Of a DNA stretch of 64,000 bases, positions 37,180 to 45,332 are shown piece after piece. This DNA is from Desulfobaccales bacterium (GTDB taxonomy: Bacteria; Desulfobacterota; Desulfobaccia; Desulfobaccales; 0-14-0-80-60-11). The stretch covers positions 8,726 through 72,725 of the forward strand of contig JBAVUP010000161.1 of assembly GCA_049696835.1 (NCBI GenBank). Direction: 5' to 3'. Under the pieces are notes generated by a model that was given only the letters and a program-made list of their open reading frames with translations, was not told where the DNA came from and ran no database searches. The position numbers were made by a program, and so were the translations under genes. Numbering within the stretch: the stretch's first letter is position 1; each line of letters starts with the position of its first letter.

Positions 37180-38244
37180 ATGAAACGCCGAGAGTTTCTG
37201 CGGCAGATGACGCTGGCCCTGGCCGCGGCCTGGACCGCCGGCCGCCTCACCTGGCCCCAACCCGCTCAGGCCCAAGCCCCCGACCTGCGCCTGGCCCTGT
37301 TGGCCGACGCCCACCTCAAATCCGGGGATGACCGCCGCGCCGAGGCCCTCGCCCTGGCCCGGGCCGTGGCGGAAATCAAGGCCCTGACGCCCCCGCCCGA
37401 CCTGGTATGTTTCGCCGGCGATCTGGCCCACCAGGGCCGTCCCGACGCCCTGGACCTGGGGAGAGAAATCCTCTCGGACCTGCCCGCACCGCTGCTGGCC
37501 GTGCGGGGGGAAGGGGATCACGGCCCCAGGGAGTCCGCCTGGGGCCGGCGTTTCGGCGAGCCCCGCTTCTCCCGGCCTTACCGGGGCGCTCACCTCATCG
37601 GCCTGGACACCGTCCCGACGCCCACGCCCCATGGCCCGGTCTTCGAGATCGGCCCCGCCCAACGCCGCTGGCTGGCCGCGGCCCTGACGGGGTTGGACCC
37701 CGCCACGCCTCTGGTCATCCTATCCCACGCCCCCCTGGCCCGCCTCTTCCATCCCTGGCAGCAGTGGACCAATGATGCCCCGGAGCTCGCCCCACTGTTC
37801 TCCTCTTTCCATCGGGTTCTTTGCCTGTATGGACACGTGCATGGGGCAGGGGTCGGTAATGCAGGGGCCAGGGGTCAGGGGTCAGAGTTTATCGGCAAAA
37901 TCCCCCCTAGCCCCCTTTTAGCAAAGGGGGGAATGGCTATACCCTTCTTCCCAGGAACAGGGGAGTCTGAAAATCCCCCTTTGGCAAAGGGGGATTTAGG
38001 GGGATTTAAAGGGGCCTGGATTAATTTCAATGACGGCATTCTATTTCCCTGGGCCACAGAAAACAGCAAACAGAAAACAGAAAACCACATTTCATTACCC
38101 GCCACCGCCTGGCCCCGACCTCAGGCCGTCCAGGGCACCCCGGCGGTCCCGCGCCCCGGCCTGGGCCCCCACGGCTGCGGCTGGGCCTTGCTCACCTTAA
38201 GTTCCACGCAAGGAAATTTTCAGCCTTACCTGTGGCGGGCTTGA
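37180..38244 (+). CDS. Tat-signal metallophosphoesterase carrying an in-frame repeat insertion
   Basis: Twin-arginine leader MKRREFLRQM. Metallophosphoesterase motifs are LLADAHL, FAGDLAHQG, LSHAPL and LYGHVHG. About 80 low-complexity codons (37846-38085) follow the GHVH motif. Confidence 0.8.
   Translation: MKRREFLRQMTLALAAAWTAGRLTWPQPAQAQAPDLRLALLADAHLKSGDDRRAEALALARAVAEIKALTPPPDLVCFAGDLAHQGRPDALDLGREILSDLPAPLLAVRGEGDHGPRESAWGRRFGEPRFSRPYRGAHLIGLDTVPTPTPHGPVFEIGPAQRRWLAAALTGLDPATPLVILSHAPLARLFHPWQQWTNDAPELAPLFSSFHRVLCLYGHVHGAGVGNAGARGQGSEFIGKIPPSPLLAKGGMAIPFFPGTGESENPPLAKGDLGGFKGAWINFNDGILFPWATENSKQKTENHISLPATAWPRPQAVQGTPAVPRPGLGPHGCGWALLTLSSTQGNFQPYLWRA
37846..38085 (+). repeat. Composite intergenic-type repeat embedded in frame in the metallophosphoesterase CDS
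   Basis: Contains heptad arrays (aggggcc aggggtc aggggtc; cagaaaa cagcaaa cagaaaa cagaaaa). Also contains hairpin modules (ATCCCCCTTTGGCAAAGGGGGAT) of the same type as the intergenic repeats at 33110-33200. Confidence 0.75.
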
Positions 38245-38278
38245 GAAAAAGAAAGAGGCGCACGGCGGCAGAAGATAT

Positions 38279-38358
38279 GGTGGGCAATGCCCACCCTACA
38301 TTAAATATATCATGTTAAATTACCTGGTTGACCGTAGGGGCGCAGCGGGCTGTGCCCT
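38279..38358. repeat. Pair of REP-like hairpins in opposite orientation
   Basis: GGTGGGCAatGCCCACCctac is the inverted head and gtagGGGCGCAGCGGGCTGTGCCC is the direct head. Confidence 0.8.
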
Positions 38359-38439
38359 TTATGGAAGGCTTTAAGTGTGAATTCTGAGGATTTAACAGAG
38401 GTGCCTTACCTGCGGGTCAACTTTCCCATGCTTCAGTCT

Positions 38440-38474
38440 TGGCTGAAAGCTGACCGCTGACTGCTGAGAGCTGC
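38440..38474. repeat. Heptanucleotide array (NNGCTGA)x5
   Basis: Sequence is tggctga aagctga ccgctga ctgctga gagctgc. It ends 4 nt before the hflX stop. Confidence 0.9.
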
Positions 38475-38478
38475 TTTG

Positions 38479-40077
38479 TTACTCCCCGGCGGCGTCCTGG
38501 AGGGCCGGCACCGGCTGGCCGGCCTCCCGGCGGGCCACCACCTCCTCCACGGTGTCCTCCAGGCGGGCAATCAGGGCCGGCAGGGTGGCTTCGTCCAAGG
38601 CTGAAATGGCCACCCCCCGATGGATGCGGCATTGCAGCGCCGCCAGTTTGGGGTCCACCAGATCCTGCTTGTTGAAGACCATAAGCATCGGCTTGTCCTG
38701 CAGGGCCAGCGAGGCCAGGATATCATCCACCGCGCCCATCTGCTCAATGAAGCGGGGATTGCTCAGGTCCACCACGTGGATGAGCAGGTCCGCCTCCTCC
38801 AGTTCCTCCAGGGTGGCCTTAAAGGCCTCCAGGAGATTCTTGGGCAGGTTCCTGATAAACCCTACGGTGTCGGTGATGATCACCTCCCGTTCCCGGGGGA
38901 AGCGCAGGCGGCGGCTGGTGGGGTCCAGGGTGGCGAACAGCCGGTCTTCGGCGAGGACCGCGGCGTGGGTCAGGGCATTGAACAGGGTGGATTTCCCGGC
39001 GTTGGTATAGCCGATGATGGACAGGATGGGAAGGTTCAGACGCCGCCGGGGCTGACGCCGCTCCCGCCGCTCCCGGCGCACCCCGGACAGGTCCTGTTGC
39101 AGCCGGTGGAGGCGTTCCCGGAGACGGCGGCGGTCCATCTCCAGCTTGGATTCACCGGGGCCCCGCCCGCCGATGCCGCCCATGAGCCGGGATAGGGCGT
39201 CGCCTTTGCCCACCAGCCGGGGCAGGAGGTATTTCACCTGGGCCATCTCCACCTGGAGCTTGCCTTCCCGGCTGCGGGCCCGCTGGGCAAAGAGGTCCAG
39301 GATGAGCTGCGTGCGGTCAATGACCTTGAGTTCGGTAAAGTCCGTGATGGAGCGCACCTGGGAGGGGCTGAGCTCAGCGTCGAACCCCAGCATGTCGGCC
39401 CCCAGTTGCAAGGCCTGGATGACCAGCTCCGAGAGCTTGCCCTTACCCATAAGGAACCGGGAGTCGAACCGGGGACGGCGTTGAATGATGGTGGCGGCCA
39501 CGTCCAGGCCGGCGGATAGGGCCAGCTCCGTGAGCTCCGCCATGGAATCCTCGGCCGCGAGGCGATTGGCCCCGGTGACGCCGATCAAAATGGCCCGCTC
39601 CCGGCCGTGGGCACCCTCGGCCGGCGTCAGGCGGGAGAATTCCGCTTCCAGGGAGGCCACCAGGGCCTCGAAATCCAGGTAGAGGCCACCCACCTGCCGG
39701 GCCTGGATAATGGTCCAACTGTGGCCGTCGACCGGCTGCGGCAGGAGATGGGCGACCTCAATGGCGCCGGGCTGGCTGTCGGTTACGGCCAGGGCGGCCA
39801 CCGCGTCCAGACGGAGCAGGGCCAGGTCCATGAAATCATCCCGGTTCAAAGGGCCGGCGTCCAGGTGGGTGTGGATCAGCCTAAGCCCCTTGAGGCGGCC
39901 CTTAACTCCGCGCTCCCGGGGCAGGGTGGGGATCAGGAGGCCCTTGGCGTCCCCGACGATGACGTAGGCCACCGCGCCCTGGCGGTTCACCAGGACCCCG
40001 ACTTGACGATGGACTTCGCCGGAAATTTCCGCCAGTTGGTGAGCCAACTCCGGGGTGAGCACTTGGGCCGGCGGCAC
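38479..40077 (-). CDS. hflX: GTPase HflX
   Basis: HflX N-domain, coiled-coil linker and G-domain (GYTNAGKSTLFNALT, DTVGF, NKQD). GTG start. Confidence 0.92.
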   Translation of the reverse strand: MPPAQVLTPELAHQLAEISGEVHRQVGVLVNRQGAVAYVIVGDAKGLLIPTLPRERGVKGRLKGLRLIHTHLDAGPLNRDDFMDLALLRLDAVAALAVTDSQPGAIEVAHLLPQPVDGHSWTIIQARQVGGLYLDFEALVASLEAEFSRLTPAEGAHGRERAILIGVTGANRLAAEDSMAELTELALSAGLDVAATIIQRRPRFDSRFLMGKGKLSELVIQALQLGADMLGFDAELSPSQVRSITDFTELKVIDRTQLILDLFAQRARSREGKLQVEMAQVKYLLPRLVGKGDALSRLMGGIGGRGPGESKLEMDRRRLRERLHRLQQDLSGVRRERRERRQPRRRLNLPILSIIGYTNAGKSTLFNALTHAAVLAEDRLFATLDPTSRRLRFPREREVIITDTVGFIRNLPKNLLEAFKATLEELEEADLLIHVVDLSNPRFIEQMGAVDDILASLALQDKPMLMVFNKQDLVDPKLAALQCRIHRGVAISALDEATLPALIARLEDTVEEVVARREAGQPVPALQDAAGE

Positions 40078-40306
40078 CTTACGGCGGTATAGGCGCTCGA
40101 GAGCCCGGTATTGATGGGTTTTTAAACCGGTGAGATTACCTAAGGGACGGTGTATAGAAACTTCCTCGCTCAGCCCGACTCAGCACGGCACGCCATGCCC
40201 CTACGCGCTCAAGTCTGTGCCTGGCATATCAGACTAGTTTTATTTCGGATTATCAATCTCTTACTTATTATTTTACCTTTCTATCAGACAACTTGAAAGG
40301 AGAAAA

Positions 40307-40873
40307 TCACCCCATCTGGTTGATGAGCCTGGCGGTCTCCAGCAGGCCGGGCTGGAGCACGTCCACCAGGACAATGTCAAGGCCGGCCCCGGCCAGGACC
40401 CCCAGGGTGGCCTCCTCCAGCCGCACGGGATAGGTGTGGCGCAGGCCGCTCCGCAGGTTGGAGAGCCCCGCCATGGTCCGGGCCGGCTTGGACCACACTG
40501 CGCCGGTGGCCAGGAGGCGCACGGTCTTGACGGCTTCACGGGTCTGGTCCCAGACGTCGGGCCAGGAGAGGTTGGGGAGCACCGGGTCAAAGATCAATTG
40601 TTCGTCCTTGAGTCCGGCGGCCAGGGCGTGCTCCCTGAGCTCCAGGGCCAGGGTGATTTTGCCTTCCAGGGAGGCCGCAGGAAATGAATGGGCATCGAGG
40701 AGCAGGAGCACCAGGTCGGTCTGATGGGCCGCGGCCAGCGGCAGGATCTCTCGCAGCTTGTCATCCTCGAGGGTGCAGGCGTTGAGGATGGGCGGCTGCT
40801 CACAAACCGTAAGCCCCCGGGCCACCGCGGGATTTAAGACGTTCAGGTTATCGGCGACGATGATCAGGGACAT
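40307..40873 (-). CDS. Pterin-binding (methyl-H4folate:corrinoid methyltransferase-like) domain protein, shortened
   Basis: The C-terminal half follows the MeTr/AcsE pattern (IFDPVLP..., GLSNLRSG..., AGLDIVLVD). The N-terminal half appears about 60 aa shorter than canonical ~260-aa proteins. The start MSLIIV is at 40873, 1 nt after the upstream stop. Confidence 0.65.
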   Translation of the reverse strand: MSLIIVADNLNVLNPAVARGLTVCEQPPILNACTLEDDKLREILPLAAAHQTDLVLLLLDAHSFPAASLEGKITLALELREHALAAGLKDEQLIFDPVLPNLSWPDVWDQTREAVKTVRLLATGAVWSKPARTMAGLSNLRSGLRHTYPVRLEEATLGVLAGAGLDIVLVDVLQPGLLETARLINQMG

Positions 40874-40874
40874 G

Positions 40875-41456
40875 TTACCTTCCCAGGAGCCCGGCCCGAA
40901 CCTGCCGATACGCAATTTCAGCGGCCCCTAAGGCCTGCCCCATTTCCCGGGCCTGGTTTTTCCGTGCCGAGCGGTCGGGCATGAGCGCCAGGTTGGCCCG
41001 GGCGATGTGATGCGCCCCGCGCCAGGCCGCGCCCAGGAGTTCACAGGCGACCAGCAGATCGGATACCAGGTGGGGTTTGCACCCGGCGCCGACTCGAGCA
41101 ATGAGATCCAGACCCTCCCGGGCATGCTGCATGATGCGCCGAGGGCAGGCCATCGCCTCCTCGAGGGCCGCCGCCAGGTCTCCGGGGCCACCTTGGGTGC
41201 GGGCCCGGGCGAGATGATCATAGGCCCGGACATCTTCCTCCTGGAGTCGAGCCAGCCCCTCGGCGGCCTGTCGAACCCGGGCCAGGAGATCATGCCAGGG
41301 AAAACCGGACTTTTCCTCCCGCCCCGGGCGTTGCTGCTCGAGCCGCACGACTTTTTCCAACAGGGCTAGACCCAGAGCGGCGCCGTGGGCCGCGGCGGCG
41401 CCGCCGCCCGGCCCAGGTCGGGGTTGGGCCAGAGCCTGCAGGAACGGCGAAGACAT
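40875..41456 (-). CDS. Cyclodeaminase/cyclohydrolase (FTCD C-terminal-like) family protein
   Basis: All-helical, with an N-terminal GGGAAAAHGAALGLALLEKV signature typical of this folate-binding family. Confidence 0.72.
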   Translation of the reverse strand: MSSPFLQALAQPRPGPGGGAAAAHGAALGLALLEKVVRLEQQRPGREEKSGFPWHDLLARVRQAAEGLARLQEEDVRAYDHLARARTQGGPGDLAAALEEAMACPRRIMQHAREGLDLIARVGAGCKPHLVSDLLVACELLGAAWRGAHHIARANLALMPDRSARKNQAREMGQALGAAEIAYRQVRAGLLGR

Positions 41457-41613
41457 GCTCCTCCGGAATTTCAGGGTGGGCGCTGCACCCGCCAGCGGGA
41501 TTTGCCTTATTCTACCCCATCTTCGGCTGAAGTCGAGAACGGCTTAACCACCCTGGGGAAATATTTCTTGACCGGAGCGGAGCGGTTTCGGTTCAAGCCT
41601 ATGTGGCCCTCCC

Positions 41614-41642
41614 TTGCAACCGGTCTGGAGGAGGGTTATAAT
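41614..41642 (+). promoter_or_regulatory. Sigma70-type promoter for the clpX-like/radical-SAM operon
   Basis: TTGCAA-N17-TATAAT, about 45 nt upstream of the ATG at 41686. Confidence 0.55.
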
Positions 41643-41685
41643 GTAAAAAAAATATCTATACTGGTCCTGTAAGATACGGCCAGTT

Positions 41686-43452
41686 ATGACCATTGAGCTT
41701 ATGGAAAAAATCCCTGATCCCAAAGAACTGGAAAAAGAACTGAGTGAGTATCTTACCAAGAAGTATGGCAGCCGTATCAAAGTGCTGGCGCCGCACTGGG
41801 TTGCCAAACCGGAGAAAGACGACGACACCCCCGGCCCAGACACCAAAGTGAGCCGGATTAAGTTCGATCTGAAACCGGAGGAACTGGAAGCCTATCTCGA
41901 TGAGTATGTCATCAAGCAGGACCTGGCGAAAAGCATCCTGGCGACCAAGGTCTGCACCCATTTTAATCGGATTCGCCATTCCCAGGAATTGGGCCGGGAC
42001 CCCGAAACCGGGGTGGGCTCCATTAAAAACAACATTATTCTCATCGGTCCCACCGGGGTGGGGAAGACCTACCTGGTCAAACTCATTGCCAAAAAGATCG
42101 GGGTGCCGTTTATCAAGGGTGATGCCACCAAATTCAGCGAAACCGGATACGTGGGCGGCGATGTGGAAGATCTGGTCCGGGACCTGGTCTACGCCGCCGG
42201 CGATGACCTGGAACTGGCCCAATACGGCATCATCTATATCGATGAAATCGACAAAATTGCCTCCGCCGGGCATGCCTGGGGGGGGCCGGATGTGTCGCGC
42301 ACCGGCGTCCAGCGAGCCTTGCTGAAGCCCATGGAAGAGACGGAAGTGGATCTGAAGGTGGCCCATGACCCGGTCTCTCAGATTCAGGCCATCGAACACT
42401 ACCGCCGCACCGGCAAGAAGGAAAAACGCACCCTCAATACCCGGCACATCCTGTTCATCGTCAGCGGCGCCTTCAACGGCCTGGATACGATGGTCAAGGA
42501 GCGGGTCAGCAAGCAGGAGATCGGCTTCCGGGGCGAGATGACGTCCCGGGACCATGACCGCACCTTCCTCAAGCAGGTGACCGCGGAAGACCTGATCAAG
42601 TTCGGCTTCGAATCGGAATTTGTGGGCCGCCTGCCGGTGATCGCGGTGTTGGACGAACTCACGGCCGGTGATCTCTATGATATCCTCCAGAACCCCAACA
42701 ATCCCATCATCACCAGCAAGAAGCGGGATTTCCGGGCTTACGGCATTGACATCGCCTTTGAAGACCAGGCCCTCAAGAAGTTGGCGGAACAGGCCGCGTT
42801 GGAAAAAACCGGGGCCCGGGGTCTGGTGAGCGTCATCGAACGCGTCCTCATTCAGTTTGAAAAACGTTTGCCCTCCACCCAGGTCGAGGAACTGGTGGCT
42901 ACTCCGGAGCTCGTGGATCACCCCGAGGAGGAACTGGCGAGTCGCTTGGCTGAGCCTGAAGATGCGCATCTCCAGGTGAGATTCAAAGAAGCGGCCGGGA
43001 AGGAACGGGAGATCCTGAAGGAATCCATCTGGCGCCGGGAAGCGGAGCTCATGACCCGGTATCACTTGCCCCTCACCCCGGCCAGGGTGGAATTGCTGGC
43101 CGATCAGTACCACCAATGGGATTTTGACATGAAAACGGCTTTCGAAGAGACGGCGCGGCTCCATAACCAGGTGCGCCGGTTTGAAAGCACGTTTTTGGGC
43201 AACCACGGGATTCAGCTTCATTTCGAGCTGGACGCGGTGGATGAAATCCTGCAACAGGCCTTGTCTCGGGAGACTTCGGCGGCCACTGTCTGCCAGGAGA
43301 TGGCCAAGGATTTGGAATATGCCTTGAAACTGGTGCGGGACCGTACCTCCCAGGACAATTTCCTCCTGACCCGGGAAGCCATCTGCGACCTGGATACCTA
43401 TCTCAACCGCGTTATTCGGGACTATTACCAGACAACTCTTTTTAGAGAGTAA
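41686..43452 (+). CDS. ClpX-like AAA+ unfoldase paralog (no zinc finger, long C-terminal extension)
   Basis: Walker A GPTGVGKTY, pore-1 loop TGYVGGDVED, an IGF tripeptide (QEIGFRG) and sensor-2 GARGL. It lacks the C4 zinc-binding N-domain. About 190 extra C-terminal residues are present. Confidence 0.85.
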   Translation: MTIELMEKIPDPKELEKELSEYLTKKYGSRIKVLAPHWVAKPEKDDDTPGPDTKVSRIKFDLKPEELEAYLDEYVIKQDLAKSILATKVCTHFNRIRHSQELGRDPETGVGSIKNNIILIGPTGVGKTYLVKLIAKKIGVPFIKGDATKFSETGYVGGDVEDLVRDLVYAAGDDLELAQYGIIYIDEIDKIASAGHAWGGPDVSRTGVQRALLKPMEETEVDLKVAHDPVSQIQAIEHYRRTGKKEKRTLNTRHILFIVSGAFNGLDTMVKERVSKQEIGFRGEMTSRDHDRTFLKQVTAEDLIKFGFESEFVGRLPVIAVLDELTAGDLYDILQNPNNPIITSKKRDFRAYGIDIAFEDQALKKLAEQAALEKTGARGLVSVIERVLIQFEKRLPSTQVEELVATPELVDHPEEELASRLAEPEDAHLQVRFKEAAGKEREILKESIWRREAELMTRYHLPLTPARVELLADQYHQWDFDMKTAFEETARLHNQVRRFESTFLGNHGIQLHFELDAVDEILQQALSRETSAATVCQEMAKDLEYALKLVRDRTSQDNFLLTREAICDLDTYLNRVIRDYYQTTLFRE

Positions 43453-43461
43453 GCTACTCGA

Positions 43462-44643
43462 ATGATCGGGGTGTCTAAGCTCTATTGCGGGGCGGTGGAA
43501 GCCGGAGACGTGCTGCGCTACCGGGATCGCCGGGCCCAGGACTTGCCGTCCCACCTCCTGCAGTTTTCCGCCGACAAAAAGCCGGTGGTGGTCTGGAATG
43601 TCACCAAACAGTGCAATCTCAGGTGCCTCCACTGCTACGCCCAGGCCACGGCGGGGGCGGCGCCGGATGAACTGGGACACCTGGAAGGCCAGGCCCTCCT
43701 CAAAGACTTGAAGGCATTCGGCGTGCCCGTGCTGTTGTTTTCCGGGGGCGAACCGCTGATGCGGCCGGACATTTTGCAGTTGGTGGAGTGGACCGTGGCC
43801 CAAGGTATGCGGGCGGTGATCTCCACCAACGGCACCCTCATCACCGCGGAATTGGCCAGCCGCCTCAAGAACTTGGGCCTCTCTTACGTGGGCATCAGTC
43901 TGGACGGCACCGCCGCCGTCCATGAGCGGTTCCGGGGAGTACCCGGGGCCTTTGCCGCGGCCATGGCCGGCGTCCGACATTGCCAGGAGGTGGGCCTGAA
44001 GGTAGGATTGCGCTTCACGGTGAGCCGCCTCAATTATCAAGAGGTGCCGGCCATCTTTGACTTGGTGGAGGAATATCACCTTCCCCGCATCTGCTTCTAC
44101 CACCTGGTCTATGCCGGCCGGGGCAGCAAACTGGTGGAAGAGGCGCTTTCCCACGGGCAGACCCGGGAACTGGTGGACCTGATCTGCGCCCGCACCCGGC
44201 GCCTGTTTGAGGCGGGCCGCACCGTGGAAGTGCTGACCGTGGACAACCATGCCGACGGTTCCTATATTTACCTCAAGCTGCTCAAGGAAGACCCCCGGCG
44301 GGCCGCCGAAGTCCTGGAACTCCTGAAGATGAATGAAGGCAACAATTCGGGTCGGGGCATCGGCTGCGTCAGTTGGGACGGGGAGGTGTACGCCGACCAG
44401 TTCTGGCGTCATTACTCCTTCGGGAACGTCCGGGAGCGCCCCTTCAGCCGGATCTGGACGGATCTCACCAACCCCCTCATGGCCCGCTTGAAAGACAAGA
44501 AGCGTTATGTCACCGGACGCTGCGCCGGGTGTCGCTGGCTGGACATCTGCGGCGGCAACTTCCGGGTCCGGGCCGAAGCTTTAACCGGTGACCTCTGGGC
44601 TTCGGACCCGGCCTGTTACCTGACCGACGCGGAAATCAGCTGA
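43462..44643 (+). CDS. Radical SAM/SPASM protein, NirJ/AhbC-AhbD-like
   Basis: CNLRCLHCY is the radical-SAM cluster. The N-terminus LRYRDR..LPSHLLQFS..KKPVVVWNVTKQCNL resembles NirJ-type proteins. The C-terminus has SPASM cysteines (GRCAGCRWLDICGG). There is a 9-nt gap after the clpX-like gene. Confidence 0.82.
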   Translation: MIGVSKLYCGAVEAGDVLRYRDRRAQDLPSHLLQFSADKKPVVVWNVTKQCNLRCLHCYAQATAGAAPDELGHLEGQALLKDLKAFGVPVLLFSGGEPLMRPDILQLVEWTVAQGMRAVISTNGTLITAELASRLKNLGLSYVGISLDGTAAVHERFRGVPGAFAAAMAGVRHCQEVGLKVGLRFTVSRLNYQEVPAIFDLVEEYHLPRICFYHLVYAGRGSKLVEEALSHGQTRELVDLICARTRRLFEAGRTVEVLTVDNHADGSYIYLKLLKEDPRRAAEVLELLKMNEGNNSGRGIGCVSWDGEVYADQFWRHYSFGNVRERPFSRIWTDLTNPLMARLKDKKRYVTGRCAGCRWLDICGGNFRVRAEALTGDLWASDPACYLTDAEIS

Positions 44644-44724
44644 CGGGATTTCGCTTCCCCCATAGAATCAAAAGTTGCAGGAACAGAAAATAGCCCAGCA
44701 AATCCCTCCAACGTAACCGGGCCC

Positions 44725-44758
44725 AAAAGACAAAAAGGGGCGCGTCCGGGGCGCCCCT
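44725..44758 (-). terminator. Intrinsic terminator after cspA
   Basis: The minus strand reads GGGGCGCcccggaCGCGCCCC followed by TTTTTGTCTTTT. Confidence 0.65.
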
Positions 44759-44830
44759 CAATTATCTCGTCTTCTTGCAGGTTGCCAGGGAGATATTCCC
44801 GGCCCCGGCCTCCATCGGCACGGCCGCAGG

Positions 44831-45034
44831 CTAAATCTTGGTCACTTTCACGGCCTGGAGCCCCTTGGGGCCTTCACTCACCTCGAACTCTACCTTGTCC
44901 TCCTCCTTAAGGGTGCGGAAACCTGACCCCGCGATGTTGGTGTAGTGGACGAACAGGTCGGGGCCGTCATCGCGTTTAATAAAGCCGTAGCCTTTGGCTT
45001 CGTTGAACCATTTAACCGTGCCGGTAAAGACCAT
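44831..45034 (-). CDS. cspA: Cold-shock protein (CspA family)
   Basis: [15 protein letters not shown] and DLFVHY are the RNP1/RNP2 motifs. A possible TTGACA-N17-TAATGG promoter at 45188-45216 would give a 5' UTR of about 130-150 nt. Confidence 0.95.
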   Translation of the reverse strand: MVFTGTVKWFNEAKGYGFIKRDDGPDLFVHYTNIAGSGFRTLKEEDKVEFEVSEGPKGLQAVKVTKI

Positions 45035-45332
45035 AACCCCAAGCTCCTTTAACCGTAAAAATTCCTTTGCCGGCTTTCAGCCGAGGGGGGCAGGCCCAAA
45101 AAAAAACGGCCGGCTCCCGCCATACCGTCATGCTATTACTGTGTCGCCCCGATCACTGCATCTGCGCCTGACTAAAGGATAGTTTTGCCATTACCACAAC
45201 TGCATGGAATTGTCAAGTAATTATTTACCTGCCGTTGCTCCTGTCTCAGAATAAATCTGTTATATCCAAATACCACCTGAAGTGATCCTTTACCTCCTCT
45301 TTTAAACCCTCTGGTTTATAGCCCTTTTTCCC

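Noticed and set aside
41656-44412. Very long ORFs on the strand opposite to confident genes. The 918-aa ORF here is one. Others are 162..2360 (+), 5099..6427 (+), 7567..9609 (+), 29229..31076 (+), 50567..52078 (-), 57010..57966 (-), 62126..63115 (-), 15290..16258 (-) and 17289..18065 (-).
   Set aside because: These are typical high-GC shadow ORFs. They are Arg/Gly/Pro/His-rich and motif-free. Each lies exactly antisense to a gene with unmistakable family motifs (ClpX-like/radical SAM, HdrA, Lon, ClpX/ClpP, FBPase, CysS, MFS, S2, DnaJ-like, RlmN).
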